DNA from: Eledone cirrhosa
Taxonomy: Eukaryota
Assembly (NCBI GenBank): GCA_964016885.1
Contig: OZ024741.1
Span: 288,238,001-288,302,000 of the forward strand
DNA length: 64,000 nucleotides
Reading direction: 5' to 3'
Shown here: piece after piece, positions 55,388-64,000 of the stretch
How the letters are laid out: every line of letters begins with the position of its first letter
How positions within the stretch are numbered: the first letter of the stretch is position 1
Position numbers and translations under genes: made by a program
The notes under the pieces: model-generated
What the model saw: only the letters and a program-made list of their open reading frames with translations
What the model was told of the DNA's origin: nothing
Database searches by the model: none

Positions 55388-55741
55388 CAGAGGTTCTAAA
55401 AGTTCCCCCCCCCCCACCGGTGGGGGGGGGGGGGGGGTAAGAAGGTCCAGGGGCCCTGGAGACTAAGGGGACAGTGGGGGCGGTATAGATGATATAATAG
55501 TATATTAGATATCAAATGATACATATATATAAATATAGTTAAATAAAAAATATGATATTTATTTATACATAGTACATAGTATATATTATTTATTATATAT
55601 CAATTAGCGATTTTATTTATTATATATTATTTACAATTTGTGTGTAGGCAGGTTTCTCTGGAAATAGGTGGAGGGCGGGGGCGCTGAGGGCATTACGTGG
55701 CCGTGAGGGGAGCGGTGGCCCAAAAAGGTTGAGAACCTCTG
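55388..55741. mobile_element. hAT (Charlie-type) MITE
   Basis: TIRs cagaggttct / agaacctctg. TSD CTCTAGGT (55380-87) / CTCTAGAT (55742-49). Confidence 0.88.
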
Positions 55742-56189
55742 CTCTAGATCAAAGGTTCTCAACGGAGGACATATGCACCCCCAGGGGGCGTTTCAGAACT
55801 CGGGGGGGGGGGCATTAGAGGGGCGCTGGAGGGCTCTTTACTTTGGAAACATTTTATAAGCCATATTTGTATATCTCTGAGACAGCCAGTGTGAACGCAT
55901 TTGAATGAGCATGCAGACAGCATAACTATGGTCTGACCGCAGCTGTGAGCAGGCGTTTCTAGACATTAACTGGCAATTGAGATCTTAAAATTGGAAAAAA
56001 CTCACAATCAACTGGGTCAAAGACACTTTGAGTGCAGCCAGTTAGAATCTTGTCTTTCCTTCACCGATAACAATGTATTTTATGTCTGAAATTATGCACT
56101 TAACCGTAAGGAGTTAACACTATGTAGATCTATTTTATTCCCTATTGTATAAATAATATTACAATTAAAAAAAAAGAAAAGAAAAACAC

Positions 56190-56552
56190 AGAAGCAGGTA
56201 ATACACACATCTAGGACCACATACAACACATAATCAGGTAGCACACACATCTAGGACCACATACAACACACAGGTAGGTAATACATACAGCTAGGACCAC
56301 ATGCAATACATAATCAGGTAGCACACACATCTAGAACCACATACAACACATAATCAGGTAATACATACATCTAGAACCACATACAACACATAAGGAGGTA
56401 ATACACACATCTAGGAGTACATACAACACACAAGCAGGTAATACATACAGCTAGGACCACATGCAATACATAAGCAGGTAGTACATACATCTAGGACTAC
56501 ATACAACACACAGGCAAGTAATACATACATCTAGGACCACATACAACACACA
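56190..56552. repeat. 40-bp minisatellite within the hAT element
   Basis: About nine units of agcaggtaatacatacatctaggaccacatacaacacata. Confidence 0.9.
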
Positions 56553-57694
56553 TTGTATCATGTGCTACGGACGACGCAAGAGCAATAGTCGGCCAACATA
56601 AGGGTTTCGTCACTCTTCTGAAGAGAGAAAATCTATCTGTATTTGCTGTTCATTGTGTCATTCATTGACAACACTTGACTGCGAAGAAACTCAGCGAGCC
56701 GCTGAGCAAGTCCTTGCAGGTGGCCATTGATGTCATCAATTTTATCAAACGCCATTCCTTCAATGAACAAATTTTCCGGCAACTGTGCCAAGATAATGAC
56801 AAAGAATTCGTCAAGCTGCTCCTTCATACTGAAGTGAGGTGGCTTTCAAAGGGCAAGTGCCTTACTCACTTCTTTGAACTGTTCGACTCTATCATTGAAT
56901 TTCCTCGAGGACGCAACACAGAACTGTACAAGAAAACTCTTGATGTTAGGCAAGACTGTGCCTACCTCGCTGACATCTTCGACAAATGCAATAGCGTCAT
57001 TATGGCTTTGTAGGGGAAGAAGATCACCTTGCTTAAAGCAAGGAGTGCTGTGAAAACATTCCTGGCCAAATTCAATGTCATTGAAAGGAATCTTTGTTGA
57101 CGGGAATTCTATAATTTTGCTAGTGTCGCCAATGTTCAAAACATTGTGAGCGATGACCAACTCCAAATTTATAACACTCACCTCTGTGTGCTACAAGACA
57201 ACATGAGAGAATGGTTTGTTGACCTTTAGCCGATGGACATTCCAATGTGGATAGCAGATCCCTTCATAGCTACTGTCGACAATTTGGACGTTAAATTTCA
57301 GGAAGAATTAATTGAACTTCAAACAGATGACATGATCAAAATTAGATTTCCTAAAATAGGTGAACCCCTTTTTTGGATGCAAGAGGAAATTCAGCGTCGA
57401 TTTCCACATCTACATGCAGAGGCTAAGAGATTTGCTCTGTCTTGTCCAAGCTCATACTTAGTCGAGAAGAGGTTTGGTGCTGTTTCCAGACTGCACAGTA
57501 AGTCTCGCAACCGCTACAATGTAATTACATGTGGAGATCTCTGGCTACATCTTACGAACATTCAGCCTCATGTCAAAGAGTTAGCTAGACTCCATGAAGC
57601 TCAAGGGTTTCATTGAAATGAGGTCAAAGTTAGTAATTTGATTTATCCAAAAACTTGGATATGCTATTGTTACGAAGCAAACTAACAATTTTTT

Positions 57695-57890
57695 AATTTT
57701 TTATTTTTTATTTTTATTTTTGTTTTTATTTTTATTTTTATTTTTATTTTTATTTTTATTTTTATTTTTATTTTTATTTTTATTTTTATTTTTATTTTTA
57801 TTTTTATTTTTATTTTTATTTTTATTTTTATTTTTATTTTTATTTTTATTTTTATTTTTATTTTTATTTTTATTTTTATTTTTATTTTTA
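57695..57890. repeat. (TTTTTA)n microsatellite
   Basis: Direct reading. Confidence 0.97.
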
Positions 57891-58339
57891 GTAATCGACT
57901 GATATCAAAATCAGAAGTATATTGAAAAATGGAAAAATAGGGTAGGGGGGCGTTTCGTGATTTTGAGGGCGTTTGGCCTAAATGGGTTGAGAACCTGTGC
58001 TCTAGATAATCGATCGATTTGCAGAACATACCAGCTAACATTTCCCACAAATCACACATTGCTTAATGTAGTCGTAGGTATACTGTGTGAGAAGTAAAAA
58101 AATGTGATGGTCACGCCCGGAAGACCTTTGATCCTATGTCTGGTGGGTCTAGACTGGTCTGGGACTAAACAACAATAAAAGGCATTAATAACCTAAGCCG
58201 TCAAAGAATATATATAGACTGTAGTCTTAGGCATCTTAAACCTGGTGGAGTTCATCCATCTCCAGGTTTGAACATAACCGATTTCTGCCCGAGAAGGAGA
58301 GAGTAATAGAGAGGAAGTGAGAGAAAGATATTGAGGAAG

Positions 58340-58490
58340 AATCGACCCCAGTACTGGGCTGGTACTTTTATTTTATCAACCTCGTGTAGATGAAAAGCAA
58401 AATTGACCCCGGCGGGATTTAAGCACAGAGTGCCGGAAGGAACACTACAAAGCATTCTACCGGATGTTCTAACGATTTAGCTAATTCGAC
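58340..58490 (-). mobile_element. SINE
   Basis: Reverse-complement core. Confidence 0.75.
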
Positions 58491-58694
58491 AAAGAGTACT
58501 TACACAATCATGCGACTTACTAGAAATAGTAGGCAACTTCCCTTCAAATCACACCATACCGATTTAAAATGAAAAAAAAACAACCCCGAAAATATTAGAT
58601 ATTATAGATCTTGATATATTATATTTAAAAGCAAGGCGATATATCTATAGCTTAGATCTGCCTCTTTTTGATGATAGTTCTATTGAATCAAGAG

Positions 58695-58922
58695 TGAAAC
58701 AACAACAACTGTAACAACAACAACGATAGCTGCAGCAATAAGCGCTGTAGCAACAGCAACAACAAAATCAACAGCAACAACAACAAAATCAACAGCAACA
58801 ACAATAATAATAACAACAAGAAAATCAAAAGCAATAACAATAACAACATCAGCAACAGCAACATCAGCATCAACAACAACAATAACAAAATGAACAGCAA
58901 CAACAACAACAATAGCAGCAGC
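58695..58922. repeat. Imperfect (AAC/AGC)n microsatellite
   Basis: Direct reading. Confidence 0.9.
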
Positions 58923-59257
58923 GTAATTATATAATGTACTATTCTGCCGATTTATATTAGTTGGTGGTGTACAGAACAGATATGGAATCTAATCCAGTGA
59001 TATTGGATTGGTTTCTACTAAAATCCATTGATGGTCAATTCCATGTTTAGCTACATGTTCCCAGCGTAATTATCAAACAACTGCCTGTATTGAATAACTA
59101 AATTGATAACCATATTTGGCCTATATGGACATTAACAGAAGGCGGCGAATTGGCAGAGTCGTTAGAATGTTGGATAGAATGATTTGTGGTATTCGTTCTG
59201 GCTCACTGCTCTTTCTGAGTTGAAATGTTGCTGAGGTTAACATTGTATGTATGTATG

Positions 59258-61110
59258 TAAACCGGCAACCCCACCAAGCTTGCTTAATGAGGAGGGTGAT
59301 ATTTGGACACCCTCTAGGATGAAATTCAAGACCCTGCAAAGGGCGGAGGAACTCAGCAGAGCCAACGGCCATCCAAATAGTACTTTTTTTTTTTTTCATC
59401 TAGGAGTGAAAGGCCCCCTGTTGTTGTCAGCACCTTTCTAGGAGAGAGAAACTCTGAAAAAAAACCTGCGGCTTCGGAAGCATCCGATGATGTTGACCAG
59501 TTCTCCTTTTCGGGTAGTGTTTTCGATGTTCAGAGAATGGGATTGGTCAAGTGCAAGGCCTTTCCCCACTTCAAAAAAACATTCGAAGTACAGGCATTGC
59601 TTGTTCAGGATATGTTACGAGTTTGTGTGACTGGCCGTAGCCTAAAAGTGTACCACACTCTCTAATCCTCCAAGCAATTGCAGTACTCTTAGCAGAGTTT
59701 GCAGCCATCATGTATGTATGCATGCATGTATGTATGTATATATATGCATGCATGCATGTATGTATGAATGTATGAATGTATGTATTACTCTGACATAAAA
59801 CCTACGGCTTCGTTTGCATCCAATGATGTAGACCAGTTCTTCTATTTGGGTAAAAGCATTCGATGTTCAGAGAGTGGGATTGGCCCCGTGAAAAGCCATT
59901 CCTCACTTAAAAAAGCTTCAGACACAGGCATCGTTTGATATGTGACATTTTTTGCGATGCATGGTATTGCTGGCTATAGTTAAGTCCCTAGCAGGACTAA
60001 AAGGCCACGTCCATGATGCTCATGCTTAAGTATCAAGCGATGGCATTACTCGAAATCGAGTTGCAGCCATTATGTATATATGTATGCATGTATATATGTA
60101 TCTGGAGGTCTCTCTGCACTTGTCGTCACATGGTACAATGGGCCCAGCACTATGTGTCAATAATTGTCACAAGTGTAGTGTTTGTACCAGAGTTTTCAAG
60201 TCGCTGGCTGGACTAAAAAGTCACACTCGTTCAGCGCATTGGTAGGGGTTCTCCTACATGGATATAAAGTAGTGGCCGTACTCGAAAACGAGTTGGCAGC
60301 CACCATGTATGTATGTATGTATGTATGTATGTATGTATGTATGTATGTATGTATGTATGTATGTATGTATGTATGTATGTATGTCGGGTCACTCTTGGGT
60401 GCTACTGGTAACATGTAACCCAGTACAACCTGTCACATGGTCGAGTCGTCGGCGACTAAACCGGTAACCCCACCAAGTTTACTTAGGGATGAGGGTGATT
60501 TTGGACACCCTGCAGGACAAAAAACAAAACCTAACAAAGGGCGGAAGAACTCATAAGAGTCAACGGCCATCCAAAAGTGTGTAAATATGTATATACACAT
60601 GTACATATGTATGCATATGTATATGTGTATATACATGGGTGTATGTATATGCGCGGGGGCATAGAAATAGTCGGGCTGGACACCCGATCGCGCGGTTAAA
60701 CCACTGGGAGTGAAGGACCCTTAGCTTTTGTCAGGGCATTCTTCTAGGAGAAGGCAACTCAGGAAACTGGGATAACTCCGTTATAAAACCTGCGGCTCAG
60801 TAGTTACCGATGATGTTGATCTTTTCTTCTTTTCGGGTTATAGCTGCTGTCGCTCAGAGAGTGGGATTGGCTCAGTGCACAGTCTTTCCTCACTTTAAAA
60901 AATATCTTCACGCACAGGCATTGCACGAAAGAATTAATTAATAACGCCGAGGTTAACTTTGCCTTTCATCCTTACCGGGTCGATAAAATAAAGTACCAGT
61001 AATACACTGGGTAATTGCTGGCCTTGTGCTTAACGTAGAAACAATTATTAATAATGGTATATTGTGCAATGGCCATACTCGATAACGAGGAGGCAGCCAT
61101 CATCATCATG
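59258..61110 (+). mobile_element. Cluster of short non-autonomous RTE-derived elements separated by (TATG)n
   Basis: Units at ~59258-59710, 59790-60068, 60100-60305 and 60384-60925/61070-61110. They share ggcaaccccaccaag..ctaggagaaggaaaactc..gagtgggattgg 5' blocks and a 3' end actcgaaaacgagttggcagcca+(TATG)n. Confidence 0.7.
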
Positions 61111-61149
61111 TTATCTCTTTCTTTTAATTTCGAGTATATTTTTTTCACC

Positions 61150-62465
61150 GGCCACCTTCCTGGTGGTAAGGTTGTAAAAGAAAAGAAATTGTCATCCCTT
61201 GAATCGCAAGAATGTTTTGCAAATTTTGAAGGTGCCAGCTATCGCAACCATTTGTAGACTATGAATTAGGGAGCTGCGCTCTTTGTCCGCAAATCCAAGT
61301 TCAGTCATACTTTGGTCCAAACGGGTTGGTATATAACCCGTAGCTCCAATAATGATGGGTATGAAGCTAAAGGTGTATCTTGGATACTGGATTTGCAAAC
61401 TCCTCATCAATAGTCCTTAGATGTCCTCCTTCTCCTGTATTTTTCTGACAACGTTTACACAAGTGGGCAGCTGATCTCCACAACAGAACACGTTTTCAAT
61501 GTGTGGTCCCAAACAACAATATCAGGCCGGTTGTGCTTTAATTTGGTGGCAGTTTTTATTTTCAGGCTCCACCAGTATTCCTTAGTGCCATCTGTCTCAA
61601 TATATTCTTCCTCGTTTGTTGTTAATTTTGTTTTCCGAAGTGCGTTCCAGATGGTTCTAGCTATCCCATCGTGTCTCATGGGGAGGTAGTAACGAGATGA
61701 CATTCTTTCGCAGCTGGCAACTATGTGGCTTACATCCTCGATCTTTGTTTTACATAGCCTACATTTATTGTCAGCGGATGGCCCTACCCTTTTGTGCAGC
61801 AAATATTTGGTAGGGAGTTCTTGTTCCTGTATTGCATAGAGATATCCCTCAAGGTGTGATGTCATAAACTTGTCGGCACTCCGTGCCAGGCTTTTTGAGT
61901 GGTTTATCCCCTCTATCGTCTGTGTTTTACGTCTCAAGTATCCATGCACAACATTTTCTGTAAATTGGTCAATTTTTTCATCTTGTTTGAACATTGAATA
62001 GGATCTTCCGATTTCTCTGGGTGAGAGATTTATATCAGGCTTTATTCCATATCTCTCCTCCAGATCAGTGGCTATTCTAATGATATTTTTTTTTTCATGC
62101 TCATAAACCTGGGCAAGATGGTTGCCAACCATTTTCCTCTGTTGAAGGTGTTGCTTCAGTGTTACTATCCGGGTCTCATATGATGTTAATATGGATTTTA
62201 GACCCAGGCCACCTTCCTTGCGTGAGAAGTATAGCCTATCCACATCACCATTGATGTTAAAGTTCCCAGTAACACTGAGAAGTTTGCGAGTTCTAACATC
62301 CATCTCACTTAGTTCTTGCAATGACCAGTTCAGCAGGCCAAATGTTGGCGTTAGAATTGGCACATCATAAGTATTATGGGCAATGTATTTGTTGTACGCT
62401 GACAGTTCTGATGACCATATTTTCTTTACTCTTCTGAGGTATGCAGTTCTGGTTCTCTCCTTATT
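61150..62465 (-). mobile_element. R4/Dong-like REL non-LTR retrotransposon, 3' portion
   Basis: YLRRVKKIWSSELSAYNK, DVDRLYFSRKEGGLGL, AIQEQ, CRLCKTKIEDVSHIVASC, HNRPDIVVWD..VEISCP and PIIIGATG. Confidence 0.92.
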
Positions 62466-62554
62466 TGTATGTATGTATGTATGTATGTATGTATGTATGT
62501 ATGTATGTATGTATGTATGTATGTATGTATGTATGTATGTATGTATGTATGTAT

Positions 62555-63190
62555 GTGCTACTGGTAACATGTATCCCAGTACAACCTGTCTCATGGTCGG
62601 GTCGTTGGCGACTAAACTGGCAACCCCACCAAGGTTTCTTGGTGAGGAGGGTGACTTTGGACATTCTGCAGGACTAAAAACAAAACCTGTCAAAGGGCAA
62701 AGGAGTTCTTAAGAGTCAATGGCCATCCAAAATCACCGGGAGAGATGACCCCTTAGCCTTTGTCAAGGCAGAATTCTAGGAGAAGGAAAACTCTGATATA
62801 ACACCTGCAACCCTGATGGTATCCAATGATGTTGACTTGTTCTTCTTTTTGGTAAATATCATCTTGGTTAAGAGAGTGGGACTGGCTTTGTGCAGTGCCT
62901 TTTCTCACTATAAAAGCTTCACGGCACAGGCATTGCTTTATATCTGGAGATCTCTCTGCACCTGTCGTCACATGGTACCATGGGACCAGCACTATGTGTC
63001 AATAATTGTCACAAGTGTAGTGTTTGTACCAGAGTTTTCAAGTCGCTGGCTGGACTAAAAAGTCACACTCGTTCAGCGCATCGGTAGGGGTTCTCCTACA
63101 TGGATATAAAGTAGTGGCCGTACTCGAAAACGAGTTGGCAGCCATACATGTATGTATGTATGTATGTATGTATGTATGTATGTATGTAGT
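62555..63190 (+). mobile_element. Bipartite non-autonomous RTE-derived element with (TATG)n on both sides
   Basis: 5' block homologous to 60397-60925, joined at ~62940 to a 3' block homologous to 60100-60305 encoding KCSVCTRVFKSLAGLKSHTRSAH. Confidence 0.78.
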
Positions 63191-63685
63191 CAAATATTCA
63201 TGCTGTTTTTACTGACCGACCTAACTATCGATTTTTTAATGTTAGCTATATTAATTTTTGCGTATTAATAGTTAATTTGTGAGATATATAAATAATTTTG
63301 ATGTCGTCATTGAATGATTTGATAACCGTTAGTTGCTTATCATATTAAACTTTACTTGATTATCCTATGAATTTTGTTCAATTTTACCGACTCTCTAAAG
63401 ATTCCATAGAGTAATATTCTGAAAATAATTAACTACATTTAGCATCGTGTCGGACAGTGTGGCAGGTTGTTGCAGTTCCATGTATGGGTGGAGCATTTCG
63501 TGGCATTGTGATATCGTCAACCTAGTATAAATATATATACATCAGGATGGATTCAGTTTGAAACTGGTTAGACCATTACTCAGCATTACCTGAGGTAGTA
63601 GAGTATGGTTATATTGAGTCCCGTCTCTTTATAATATATATATATATTTATTTATTTAATTATGTAATAAACAACACAATATAAT

Positions 63686-63760
63686 TATTCCATTACCCAA
63701 GGTTTCGCGAAGTCAGACGATTCTAACAGAAACGTCTGATTTCGCTCATCAGATGAAATA
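63686..63760 (-). ncRNA. Type I hammerhead ribozyme (complete core)
   Basis: tatttcat-CTGATGA-gcgaaatcagacg tttctgttagaat cgtctgacttcgc-GAA-ACC ttg GGT-A-atggaata. Stem I 8 bp, stem II 12 of 13 bp paired, GUA site. Confidence 0.9.
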
Positions 63761-63850
63761 TCTTTATTATGGTTATAAGATACATATTTAAATAGCTCTG
63801 TACTATACATAGAGCACTCTTCTTTCCTTTACCTTTTCTACGGAAATACT

Positions 63851-63944
<94 letters not shown>

Positions 63945-64000
63945 ATAAAACTTTGTCATACAAAGTGTAACGCTGATTCTACGGAAATACTTAACACACA

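Larger units (their letters stand above)
55750..57999 (+). mobile_element. hAT Charlie/Buster DNA transposon with internally deleted, degenerate transposase
   Basis: TIRs caaaggttctcaac / gttgagaacctgtg. TSD CTCTAGAT at 55742-49 and 58000-07. Transposase motifs CATDDARAI, HCVIH, LLHTEVRWLSKG, AYLADIF and PSSYLVEKRF. Confidence 0.93.

Noticed and set aside
54680-56552. CRISPR-like arrays (81-bp and 40-bp repeats)
   Set aside because: Units are repeated end to end without unique spacers, there are no cas genes, and the context is eukaryotic.
56675-57616. Domesticated ZBED/SCAND3-like host gene
   Set aside because: In-frame stops, intact TIRs and a TSD show a decayed hAT transposon.
57682-58912. 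Poly-IK/FL and poly-L ORFs
   Set aside because: Translations of (TTTTTA)n and (AAC)n repeats.
61455-62693. 412-aa ORF as a single protein
   Set aside because: The N-terminal ~76 aa read through an antisense RTE-derived element and (TACA)n (HTYI repeats). Only ~61455-62465 is retrotransposon protein.

Overview
AT-rich, microsatellite-dense animal genomic DNA. The SINE families, the (TA)n/(CA)n/(TACA)n density and the TE spectrum suggest a cephalopod such as Octopus (inference). No intact host gene is evident; two possible short first exons lie on the minus strand. Most of the window is transposable-element debris: RTE LINEs, a full-length degenerate Helitron, two R4/Dong-like REL retrotransposons, a Tx1/L1-like LINE, CRE-like fragments, two mariners, a hAT (Charlie/Buster) element, hAT MITEs and more than 20 tRNA-derived SINEs. 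The most striking signal is a set of short, mutually unrelated elements embedded in or beside (TA)n tracts. They form long inverted repeats, perfect palindromes or tandem repeats, and most carry a type I hammerhead ribozyme that can be folded by eye. Two have tandem hammerheads 467 nt and 431 nt apart, a retrozyme-like layout. Penelope-like RT and GIY-YIG fragments sit inside two of the inverted repeats. Together these point to a diverse (TA)n-associated Penelope/retrozyme system.
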